Positions 41,672-53,345 of a stretch of DNA of 64,000 nt are shown here, in pieces. Where the stretch lies: NCBI GenBank assembly GCA_965153355.1, contig OZ231126.1:39618001-39682000 (forward strand), written 5' to 3'. The position numbers and the translations under genes were made by a program. The stretch is from Flaccisagitta enflata (taxonomy: Eukaryota). The notes under the pieces are model-generated. The model was not told the DNA's origin. It ran no database searches and was given only the letters and a program-made list of their open reading frames with translations. Position 1 is the stretch's first letter. Each line of letters starts with the position of its first letter.

Positions 41672-41862
41672 GGAACAAAGAACAGAAAACAAAGACAAAA
41701 GAACAAAGAATGAAGAACAATTAGAAAAGAACAAAGATCAAAGAACAATGATCAAGGATCAAAGAACAAAGAACAAAGATCAAAGAACCAAGAACCAAGA
41801 ACCAAGAACCAAGAACCAAAAACCAAAAACCAAAAACCAAGAACAAAGAACAAAGAACAAAG
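41672..41862. repeat. 7-bp (AAGAACA/AAGAACC)n minisatellite inside the Academ element
   Basis: Seen directly. Copy 2 (~63546-63757) is 21 bp longer (ORF of 163 vs 156 aa). Confidence 0.85.
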
Positions 41863-42806
41863 ATTTTCTTCATGATACTGCCTCACAAATACAAATACAA
41901 TTTTGTGTTTTTGTGTCAAATATATGTTTCCTCATTGCTTACGTTGGGTAGACAGAATGACATTTGAAAAATTTCCAAAGTTAGAGAAAATCTCATACCA
42001 ATTTAAAGTTGTATTCCAAGAAAACAACAAATTTCAGCAGTGGAAAATCTTATATAGTTAAAGATTGTTTACTTTACCAGTTTTTTCTCGTATTAAGAAG
42101 TCTCTATAGGTTGAGAACAACTGGTTTGGGTCTGGCGGTTGAAATTTTCCCAAAATATGATCAATGGTACCCAGTGTTCCTAGGTTAGTGTATGTGAAGA
42201 TAAGATGAAAAAAATATATGCCCTAATTTAGTGTCTCTGGTCTCATTTTTGGAGATTTTTTTTTCATTAAAATCATAGTAAGAATTTTAGCTAGAGACCG
42301 AAATTATGCATGGATATTTTCCCATAACTTGAGAATTGTACGTAAAATTTCAGGAGGATAGCTAGAGATTTGAGCTATTCAGGGCTGATACTGGAAAATT
42401 GAACTGCAGGCTGAAATTTCCCAGGAAACTTTTCCCATCGCTAATGACTTTGTGTGCAAGTTTTACCCATGTAGCCTCAATAATAAGCTCTTTAAAGCCC
42501 CTCCCCCAAAAAAAAAGAACGCTAAAAATTTTTTTTCTAGGGCTATTTTTGAGATTTTTTGGTAAAAAAGTCACACTCACAGTTTCATGGCAGGAAATTT
42601 TGCATATAAATTTTTTTTTACACTTGGGTACTTGCATGCAAAATTTTAGGTGCTTAATCCAGAAATTGAGTGATTTGCAGCCTAAAAAAGCCATAATTTT
42701 GTATTCTTAAGCCATTTTACAGATTTTTTTTGTAAAAAACACACTATAATATGAGCACTAGGTTGATATTTGGCATGGATAATTTACTGGTAGACTTACA
42801 GATATG

Positions 42807-44928
42807 ATTTCATCCGTGTAGCCTCAATGATAAGCTTTTTAAAGCCAAAAAATGCTAAAAATTTACCTTTTTAGGGCTATTTTTGAGATTTTTTGGCAAA
42901 AAGGTCTCACTTAGTATCCTGAAAGGAAGTTGAAATTTTGCTTGTATATTTTTTTTACACTAGGGTACTTGCATGCAAAATTTTAGGCACTTTGTCTAAA
43001 AATTGAGTGATTTACGGCTTACAGAAGCCATAATTTTGTATTTTTAAGCCATTTTATTGAATTTTTTGTAAAAAAAAACACTTAGAATTTGAGCACTAGG
43101 TCGATATTTGGCATGGGTAATTTCCTATTACTGGTAGACTTACAGACAAAATTTCAGGGGTGTAGCCCAAAAATTGAATGTTTTACGGCCAAAAACTGTT
43201 TTAAATCAAACTTTTAAGGGCTATTTTTGAGATTTTTTGGCAAAAAAGTCACATTTAGAATCCTAGCAGGAAGTTGAAATTATGCATGCATATTTTTTTT
43301 ACACTTGGGTACTTGCATGCAAAATTTTAGACGCTCAGTCCAGAAATTGAGTGATTTATGGCCTAAAAAAGCCATAAATTTGTATTTTTAAGCTATTATA
43401 TGGAATTTTTTGTAAAAAAAACACACCTAGAATTTGAGCACTAGGTTGATATTTGGCATGGGTAATTTCCCATTACTGGTAGACTTACAGACAAAATTTC
43501 AGGCATGTAGCCCAAAAACTGAGTGTTTTACGGCCAAAAAACGCTTTAAATTTGCATTTTTTTGCTCTTTTTGAGGAAAATATAGCTTAAAATTTGTATT
43601 CAAAATTTGATTTGGAAGCTGAAATTTGGCATGGAGACTCTCTTAGTAGTTGAGAACTAGTGTGCAAAATTTTGTGCAGGTGGGTTAAGGCGTTTGGCCA
43701 TAGCGGTACGAAATGTACCCAGGTACCCAAAAACGAAGAATTTTTTGACCTATTTTTCAAGATTTTTAAGGTATTTTTTATGTCTTTCAGTTGGAGGAGT
43801 GCCATAAAATTTGACATACAAGTAAATATGTGTATGTTGATTTGTTCCCAATAGTGTTTGGATTTTTTTGAAATTTTTTCCAAGAAATAGCCATGTTTTA
43901 TGATTTTTGCAAATTTTTGAAAAATGATTTTTTAAACTTTTGCCCATTTCACCCAAATTGATTGAGAACTTGGTCAACTTTTTTTTTCCTCTTATGGGCA
44001 ATCCTAAAGGGAGTCCCTGTGCAAAATTTCAGACATGTGACACAAAATTTGAGCGTTTTATGGCTAAAAAACCAAAATTTTGCCGTTTTGGACCTTTTTT
44101 CTGGATTTTCAAGCCAAAAAATCAATTTTGTTATTTGATTCAAAAGCTGAAATTTGGCACAGATATGCCCCTAACATATTGGGACTTGCATGCAAAATTT
44201 TAGGCAAATCGCTCAAAGCGTTTGGCCGTAGCGTTACCAAATGTCCCTGGGGGTCCAAAAATGCAAAATTTTGGGTCGCATTTTTTAAATATTTGAAATT
44301 AAATTTTGTCTTTTTGGGTTAATGTACCCCTCTGAAAGTTTGTGAATAAGTTGGTACACTTTATGACAATAGATTCCCTGAGTGGGCGCCAATGATTTCA
44401 ATATTTTCCTTGCACTAGCCCTTTTTGAAAATCAGGCCAAAATTTTGAGACCTAATTTTGTGGTTTTTTTGCCATAAAATGGAAAAAACTTGGGATTTTT
44501 TCATTTTTTTTTTGTTTTTAGAGTAAATTAGGGTAATATATGCACGTGAAACCAATTTCAGACTTCCAGCTCAAAAAAACACAATTTTACCCCAAAATTG
44601 AAATATAGCCCTTTTTTTGAAAATAGGCCTAAATTTTAAACGGCAATATCTTCGCTTCTACTGAACCGATTTTGCTGAAATTTTGCATGCAAGTAGAAAA
44701 AAGGCATATTTTTCTTCACGTAAATTTTTATGGTCATCTGTCAACTGGTTTGGCGTCAGCGCCATTTCAAAGTGTTTTTTGGACAAAAAAACGCTTTTGA
44801 ACGGGGTACACTTAAAAATCAGACGTGTACCCCGTCTAGTCTTGTTCGGCACGAAAAACTGACCCCGTATGCAAATTTTCACGCTTTGCCCCAAAAACGC
44901 CGAGTTCTTTTCCTTAAATCCTAGACTA
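42807..44928 (-). repeat. Right TIR (~2.1 kb) of Academ copy 1, with an extra degenerate subunit at ~42410-42806
   Basis: Reverse complement of the left TIR; only the outermost ~30 bp diverge appreciably. Confidence 0.95.
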
Positions 44929-45089
44929 CATGTGAAGGTTCAAAACCGCGCAAAACATCCAATTTTTAAAGCTTTCACTCATTACCTCATACCTTCATTT
45001 TTTCTCTTTCTTCCTTTCTTTCTTTCTTTCTTTCTTTCTGTCTTTCTTTCTTTCTTTCTGTCTTTCTGTCTTTCTTTCTTTCTTTCTTC

Positions 45090-45131
<42 letters not shown>

Positions 45132-45507
45132 GTCTTTCTGTCTTTCTGTCTTTCTGTCTTTCTTGCTTTCATTCATTCATTCACTCATTCATTCATCCTT
45201 TTATTTATTCATTCACTCATTCATTCATTCATTCATTCTTTCTGTCTTACAATTTGACCGAAATTGGCTTTACTGTGTTAGGGGGGTAGAAAATAGAGTT
45301 GTACTCGTAGTGTACTCGTATTGGTTATCTTACGCGATCAAGGATAGGTGGAATCGTAAGCGTAATCGTACTCGCTCGCGCGGTAACGTACGCGGAATTG
45401 TAATCGGTCCGAAAAGTATCGCGTTGCCATCGCTGGTCTACGTATGTGTGTGTGACGGACTGAGGATTTGAAAGAAAAGAATGGAAGAAATCAACTATGT
45501 TCACATC

Positions 45508-45548
<41 letters not shown>

Positions 45549-45588
45549 TGTGAGTGTTAGTGTGTGTGTGAGTGTGAGTGTGTGTGTG

Positions 45589-45647
<59 letters not shown>

Positions 45648-45742
45648 AGTGAAAAAGACCAGAATGAAAGAAGGTTTCAGAGTAGCTCCGCGTACACACA
45701 CTGAAGTAAAGTCAATTATATTGCATATGTGAGTGGCGACAG

Positions 45743-45821
<79 letters not shown>

Positions 45822-46022
45822 TCGCAAGTATTATAAAACCGAGGAGGACTTTTATTTGACAATTTTACTTGTCAATTCGATTGAGACCCTGTGTTAGCCC
45901 TCATTCATTTATTTTCTAGTTTTGCCTCCCTTTCTTTTTAGGTGCGCCAAAGCACCTCTATAAATGGCTGTGTCCCTCAGTTGGTAGGCTAACACATTCG
46001 TTCGACGATCCATAGGGTACTC

Positions 46023-46094
<72 letters not shown>

Positions 46095-46236
46095 TGTGTG
46101 TGTTTTTTCTTGAGCATGTGTGTGTTTCTGAGAGTATATGTGTGTCTCTGTGTGTTTGTTGGTTGGTTGGTTGGAAACGCATTCATCAATGAATAATGAA
46201 TAATCGCAATCCTTATCTTGGACGTCATCATCCTCG

Positions 46237-46279
<43 letters not shown>

Positions 46280-46330
46280 TATCGTTGTCATCAACAAGTT
46301 CAAAAGCATCATCATCAACAAGTTGAAAAG

Positions 46331-46393
<63 letters not shown>

Positions 46394-46902
46394 TATTATC
46401 GTCATTATCATCACTATCATCATCATCATCATCATCATCATCATCGTAGTTGTCTTCAATATCAGTATCGTCATCGTCATCAACAAATTCAACAGCAACA
46501 TCATCATCATCATAGTCACCGTTAGCCCAGTTGTCATCACAGTCGTCGTCTTACAGAAGAATTAGGACAGTCACAAATTTGTTCGTTCTAACCTCCTTGA
46601 TGACGTTGCTAGTTGAATATTGTCAAAAACATTATATGATGTAAAAGAAAAGTTACTGACAGCAAAATTGGCTTTTAAAGAACAGAGCTTTCAAAATTTT
46701 GTGTTTGGACAGTCTTTTAATCAAGAAACATGATAGTTCTTATCATAGCATTCTTTTATGAGATTATGAAAAAGTCGATAGAGACACAAGATTAGGTTCA
46801 TGAGGTTGTATAAAAGGAAACAGCAACGGAGGTGGTGGGAGGGACGTTGACCGACCAAACTTGTAGCAAGAAGGATAGCAAACATAGTTCCTTTGGCTTC
46901 AT

Positions 46903-49900
46903 GGGTTATGGTGTCTTTGGAGTGTCAGAGGTGGCGATTTAGGTGGGATTTGGGGTGGTTGGATGGTTGTTTCCTCTGGCCTATATGAATAAACTACTGT
47001 GTAGGTGATTTTAGGGGTTATGGTGTCTTTGGAGTGTCAGAGGTGGCGATTTAGGTGGGATTTGGGGTGGTTGGATGGTTGTTTCCTCTGGCCTATATGA
47101 ATAAACTACTGTGTAGGTGATTTTAGGGGTTATGGTGTCTTTGGAGTGTCAGAGGTGGCGATTTAGGTGGGATTTGGGGTGGTTGGATGGTTGTTTCCTC
47201 TGGCCTATATGAATAAACTACTGTGTAGGTGATTTTAGGGGTTATGGTGTCTTTGGAGTGTCAGAGGTGGCGATTTAGGTGGGATTTGGGGTGGTTGGAT
47301 GGTTGTTTCCTCTGGCCTATATGAATAAACTACTGTGTAGGTGATTTTAGGGGTTATGGTGTCTTTGGAGTGTCAGAGGTGGCGATTTAGGTGGGATTTG
47401 GGGTGGTTGAATGGTTGTTTCCTCTGGCCTATATGAATAAACTACTGTGTAGGTGATTTTAGGGGTTATGGTGTCTTTGGAGTGTCAGAGGTGGCGATTT
47501 AGGTGGGATTTGGGGTGGTTGGATGGTTGTTTCCTCTGGCCTATATGAATAAACTACTGTGTAGGTGATTTTAGGGGTTATGGTGTCTTTGGAGTGTCAG
47601 AGGTGGCGATTTAGGTGGGATTTGGGGTGGTTGGATGGTTGTTTCCTCTGGCCTATATGAATAAACTACTGTGTAGGTGATTTTAGGGGTTATGGTGTCT
47701 TTGGAGTGTCAGAGGTGGCGATTTAGGTGGGATTTGGGGTGGTTGGATGGTTGTTTCCTCTGGCCTATATGAATAAACTACTGTGTAGGTGATTTTAGGG
47801 GTTATGGTGTCTTTGGAGTGTCAGAGGTGGCGATTTAGGTGGGATTTGGGGTGGTTGGATGGTTGTTTCCTCTGGCCTATATGAATAAACTACTGTGTAG
47901 GTGATTTTAGGGGTTATGGTGTCTTTGGAGTGTCAGAGGTGGCGATTTAGGTGGGATTTGGGGTGGTTGGATGGTTGTTTCCTCTGGCCTATATGAATAA
48001 ACTACTGTGTAGGTGATTTTAAGGGTTATGGTGTCTTTGGAGTGTCAGAGGTGGCGATTTAGGTGGGATTTGGGGTGGTTGGATGGTTGTTTCCTCTGGC
48101 CTATATGAATAAACTACTGTGTAGGTGATTTTAGGGGTTATGGTGTCTTTGGAGTGTCAGAGGTGGCGATTTAGGTGGGATTTGGGGTGGTTGGATGGTT
48201 GTTTCCTCTGGCCTATATGAATAAACTACTGTGTAGGTGATTTTAGGGGTTATGGTGTCTTTGGAGTGTCAGAGGTGGCGATTTAGGTGGGATTTGGGGT
48301 GGTTGGATGGTTGTTTCCTCTGGCCTATATGAATAAACTACTGTGTAGGTGATTTTAGGGGTTATGGTGTCTTTGGAGTGTCAGAGGTGGCGATTTAGGT
48401 GGGATTTGGGGTGGTTGGATGGTTGTTTCCTCTGGCCTATATGAATAAACTACTGTGTAGGTGATTTTAGGGGTTATGGTGTCTTTGGAGTGTCAGAGGT
48501 GGCGATTTAGGTGGGATTTGGGGTGGTTGGATGGTTGTTTCCTCTGGCCTATATGAATAAACTACTGTGTAGGTGATTTTAGGGGTTATGGTGTCTTTGG
48601 AGTGTCAGAGGTGGCGATTTAGGTGGGATTTGGGGTGGTTGGATGGTTGTTTCCTCTGGCCTATATGAATAAACTACTGTGTAGGTGATTTTAGGGGTTA
48701 TGGTGTCTTTGGAGTGTCAGAGGTGGCGATTTAGGTGGGATTTGGGGTGGTTGGATGGTTGTTTCCTCTGGCCTATATGAATAAACTACTGTGTAGGTGA
48801 TTTTAGGGGTTATGGTGTCTTTTGAGTGTCAGAGGTGGCGATTTAGGTGGGATTTGGGGTGGTTGGATGGTTGTTTCCTCTGGCCTATATGAATAAACTA
48901 CTGTGTAGGTGATTTTAGGGGTTATGGTGTCTTTGGAGTGTCAGAGGTGGCGATTTAGGTGGGATTTGGGGTGGTTGGATGGTTGTTTCCTCTGGCCTAT
49001 ATGAATAAACTACTGTGTAGGTGATTTTAGGGGTTATGGTGTCTTTGGAGTGTCAGAGGTGGCGATTTAGGTGGGATTTGGGGTGGTTGGATGGTTGTTT
49101 CCTCTGGCCTATATGAATAAACTACTGTGTAGGTGATTTTCGGGGTTATGGTGTCTTTGGAGTGTCAGAGGTGGCGATTTAGGTGGGATTTGGGGTAGTT
49201 GGATGGTTGTTTCCTCTGGCCTATATGAATAAACTACTGTGTAGGTGATTTTAGGGTATCAAGAGAAAAAGTAGCACACTCTGGTCCCTCCACGAAGCTA
49301 TTCCGATCTGGCCTATATGAATAAACTACTGTGTAGGTGATTTTAGGGGTTATGGTGTCTTTGGAGTGTCAGAGGTGGCGATTTAGGTGGGATTTGGGGT
49401 GGTTGGATGGTTGTTTCCTCTGGCCTATATGAATAAACTACTGTGTAGGTGATTTTAGGGGTTATGGTGTCTTTGGAGTGTCAGAGGTGGCGATTTAGGT
49501 GGGATTTGGGGTGGTTGGATGGTTGTTTCCTCTGGCCTATATGAATAAACTACTGTGTAGGTGATTTTAGGGGTTATGGTGTCTTTGGAGTGTCAGAGGT
49601 GGCGATTTAGGTGGGATTTGGGGTGGTTGGATGGTTGTTTCCTCTGGCCTATATGAATAAACTACTGTGTAGGTGATTTTAGGGGTTATGGTGTCTTTGG
49701 AGTGTCAGAGGTGGCGATTTAGGTGGGATTTGGGGTGGTTGGATGGTTGTTTCCTCTGGCCTATATGAATAAACTACTGTGTAGGTGATTTTAGGGGTTA
49801 TGGTGTCTTTGGAGTGTCAGAGGTGGCGATTTAGGTGGGATTTGGGGTGGTTGGATGGTTGTTTCCTCTGGCCTATATGAATAAACTACTGTGTAGGTGA

Positions 49901-52575
49901 TTTTAGGGGTTATGGTGTCTTTGGAGTGTCAGAGGTGGCGATTTAGGTGGGATTTGGGGTGGTTGGATGGTTGTTTCCTCTGGCCTATATGAATAAACTA
50001 CTGTGTAGGTGATTTTAGGGGTTATGGTGTCTTTGGAGTGTCAGAGGTGGCGATTTAGGTGGGATTTGGGGTGGTTGGATGGTTGTTTCCTCTGGCCTAT
50101 ATGAATAAACTACTGTGTAGGTGATTTTAGGGGTTATGGTGTCTTTGGAGTGTCAGAGGTGGCGATTTAGGTGGGATTTGGGGTGGTTGGATGGTTGTTT
50201 CCTCTGGCCTATATGAATAAACTACTGTGTAGGTGATTTTAGGGGTTATGGTGTCTTTGGAGTGTCAGAGGTGGCGATTTAGGTGGGATTTGGGGTGGTT
50301 GGATGGTTGTTTCCTCTGGCCTATATGAATAAACTACTGTGTAGGTGATTTTAGGGGTTATGGTGTCTTTGGAGTGTCAGAGGTGGCGATTTAGGTGGGA
50401 TTTGGGGTGGTTGGATGGTTGTTTCCTCTGGCCTATATGAATAAACTACTGTGTAGGTGATTTTAGGGGTTATGGTGTCTTTGGAGTGTCAGAGGTGGCG
50501 ATTTAGGTGGGATTTGGGGTGGTTGGATGGTTGTTTCCTCTGGCCTATATGAATAAACTACTGTGTAGGTGATTTTAGGGGTTATGGTGTCTTTGGAGTG
50601 TCAGAGGTGGCGATTTAGGTGGGATTTGGGGTGGTTGGATGGTTGTTTCCTCTGGCCTATATGAATAAACTACTGTGTAGGTGATTTTAGGGGTTATGGT
50701 GTCTTTGGAGTGTCAGAGGTGGCGATTTAGGTGGGATTTGGGGTGGTTGGATGGTTGTTTCCTCTGGCCTATATGAATAAACTACTGTGTAGGTGATTTT
50801 AGGGGTTATGGTGTCTTTGGAGTGTCAGAGGTGGCGATTTAGGTGGGATTTGGGGTGGTTGGATGGTTGTTTCCTCTGGCCTATATGAATAAACTACTGT
50901 GTAGGTGATTTTAGGGGTTATGGTGTCTTTGGAGTGTCAGAGGTGGCGATTTAGGTGGGATTTGGGGTGGTTGGATGGTTGTTTCCTCTGGCCTATATGA
51001 ATAAACTACTGTGTAGGTGATTTTCGGGGTTATGGTGTCTTTGGAGTGTCAGAGGTGGCGATTTAGGTGGGATTTGGGGTGGTTGGATGGTTGTTTCCTC
51101 TGGCCTATATGAATAAACTACTGTGTAGGTGATTTTCGGGGTTATGGTGTCTTTGGAGTGTCAGAGGTGGCGATTTAGGTGGGATTTGGGGTAGTTGGAT
51201 GGTTGTTTCCTCTGGCCTATATGAATAAACTACTGTGTAGGTGATTTTAGGGGTTATGGTGTCTTTGGAATGTCAGAGGTGGCGATTTAGGTGGGATTTG
51301 GGGTGGTTGGATGGTTGTTTCCTCTGGCCTATATGAATAAACTACTGTGTAGGTGATTTTTAGGGGTTTTGGTGTCTTTGGAGTGTCAGAGGTGGCGATT
51401 TAGGTGGGATTTGGGGTGGTTGGATGGTTGTTTCCTCTGGCCTATATGAATAAACTACTGTGTAGGTGATTTTAGGGGTTATGGTGTCTTTGGAGTGTCA
51501 GAGGTGGCGATTTAGGTGGGATTTGGGGTGGTTGGATGGTTGTTTCCTCTGGCCTATATGAATAAACTACTGTGTAGGTGATTTTAGGGGTTATGGTGTC
51601 TTTGGAGTGTCAGGTCAGATTTAGGTGGGATTTGGGGTGGTTGGATGGTTGTTTCCTCTGCCTCCCTATGGAATAAACTACTGTGGGTGATTTTAGGGGT
51701 TATGGTGTCTTTGGAGTGTCAGAGGTATGATTTAGGTGGGATTTGGGGTGGTTGGATGGTTGTTTCTCTGGCCTATGAATAAACTACTGTGTAGGTGATT
51801 TTAGGGGTTATGGTGTCTTTGGAGTGTCAGAGGTGGCGATTTAGGTGGGATTTAGGCTGGTTGGATGGTTGTTTCCTCTGGCCTATATGAATAAACTACT
51901 GTGTAGGTGATTTTAGGGGTTATGGTGTCTTTGGAGTGTCAGAGGTGGCGATTTAGGTGGGATTTGGGGTGGTTTGATGGTTGTTTCCTCTGGCCTATAT
52001 GAATAAACTACTGTGTAGGTGATTTTAGGGGTTATGGTGTCTTTGGAGTGTCAGAGGTGGCGATTTAGGTGGGATTTGGGGTGGTTGGATGGTTGTTTCC
52101 TCTGGCCTATATGAATAAACTACTGTGTAGGTGATTTTAGGGGTTATGGTGTCTTTGGAGTGTCAGAGGTGGCGATTTAGGTGGGATTTGGGGTGGTTGG
52201 ATGGTTGTTTCCTCTGGCCTATATGAATAAACTACTGTGTAGGTGATTTTAGGGGTTATGGTGTCTTTGGAGTGTCAGAGGTGGCGATTTAGGTGGGATT
52301 TGGGGTGGTTGGATGGTTGTTTCCTCTGGCCTATATGAATAAACTACTGTGTAGGTGATTTTAGGGGTTATGGTGTCTTTGGAGTGTCAGAGGTGGCGAT
52401 TTAGGTGGGATTTGGGGTGGTTGGATGGTTGTTTCCTCTGGCCTATATGAATAAACTACTGTGTAGGTGATTTTAGGGGTTATGGTGTCTTTGGAGTGTC
52501 AGAGGTGGCGATTTAGGTGGGATTTGGGGTGGTTGGATGGTTGTTTCCTCTGGCCTATATGAATAAACTACTGTG
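46903..52575. repeat. Homogeneous 112-bp tandem satellite, ~50 copies, with a G/T-rich strand
   Basis: Unit GGTTATGGTGTCTTTGGAGTGTCAGAGGTGGCGATTTAGGTGGGATTTGGGGTGGTTGGATGGTTGTTTCCTCTGGCCTATATGAATAAACTACTGTGTAGGTGATTTTAGG. Line phase recurs after 1680 bp = 15 x 112. Confidence 0.97.
49257..49309 (+). other. Degenerate Illumina TruSeq Read-1 adapter remnant (assembly artefact)
   Basis: ACACTCTGGTCCCTCCACGAAGCTATTCCGATCT versus the adapter ACACTCTTTCCCTACACGACGCTCTTCCGATCT. Confidence 0.85.
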
Positions 52576-53281
52576 CTACCCCCGCCCACCCCGACACGTG
52601 TCCACCCACGCCAGCTCTCACGTGACTCTCACGCTTACAATTTGGCCTTCAAAACGTAAGAAAAAATCATGTTGGCGAGGAAGAAAAGGTATTTTAAAAA
52701 TGAGGCCGATCTTTCAATCTCATTCTTGATTTAAGAATGACATTTATCTTCAATTTTCTCCCAACTTAGTCGTGAAAAAATCTGTATCTATGTTTCGTCT
52801 TCTTGTTGCAGATTTGCGCCTGTATAAGAAGCGTTCGTCGGTCTGTCCATCCCTTGCATGGTCTTCAAAGTCGAAGTTGAAAAGCGTCAAAACAATTGTA
52901 TTTTCTTTGATGCCCACTTCTTGTATAAGCCGTGTATTAACTTGTGAGAATGGAATGGAACAGAAATTGAAAAAGAAAAAGAAAAAGAAAAAGAAAGAAA
53001 AGAAAAAGAAAAAGAAAAAGAAAAAGAAAAAGAAAAAGAAAAAGAAAAAGAAGAGGAAGAGGATAAGGGGAAGGGGAAAGGAAGAGGAAAAATGAAAAAT
53101 GAAAAAAAAGAATGTAAAAAAGAAAAGAAGAAATCTGCAATTTGAGTGCCGTGGAATGACGTTTTTGCAATTACTACAAAGTAACTTTGCGCCTTTTCAA
53201 AGCTATCTCTGTGTCTACCCGATCCTACCTGATCAATTTTACAACGATTTACTTCATGTCTCTGGCTCTTTCTCACTCATT

Positions 53282-53345
<64 letters not shown>

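Larger units (their letters stand above)
36398..44928 (+). mobile_element. Non-autonomous Academ (AcademX-like) DNA transposon, copy 1, complete, 8531 bp
   Basis: cat|TAGTCCAGTC ... CCTAGACTA|cat gives a 3-bp TSD and TAG/CTA ends. TIRs span ~36398-38533 and ~42807-44928. The internal XPG-like plus Cys-rich ORF matches the C-terminal architecture described for AcademX proteins. Confidence 0.88.

Noticed and set aside
41481-41951. 156-aa Lys/Asn/Gln-rich ORF as a second cargo gene
   Set aside because: It starts in a HINE-like repeat and runs through a 7-bp minisatellite.
46903-52575. CRISPR-like array, or an array with a captured spacer
   Set aside because: The units are contiguous with no variable spacers, the single unique insert matches a sequencing adapter, and the context is eukaryotic with no cas genes.
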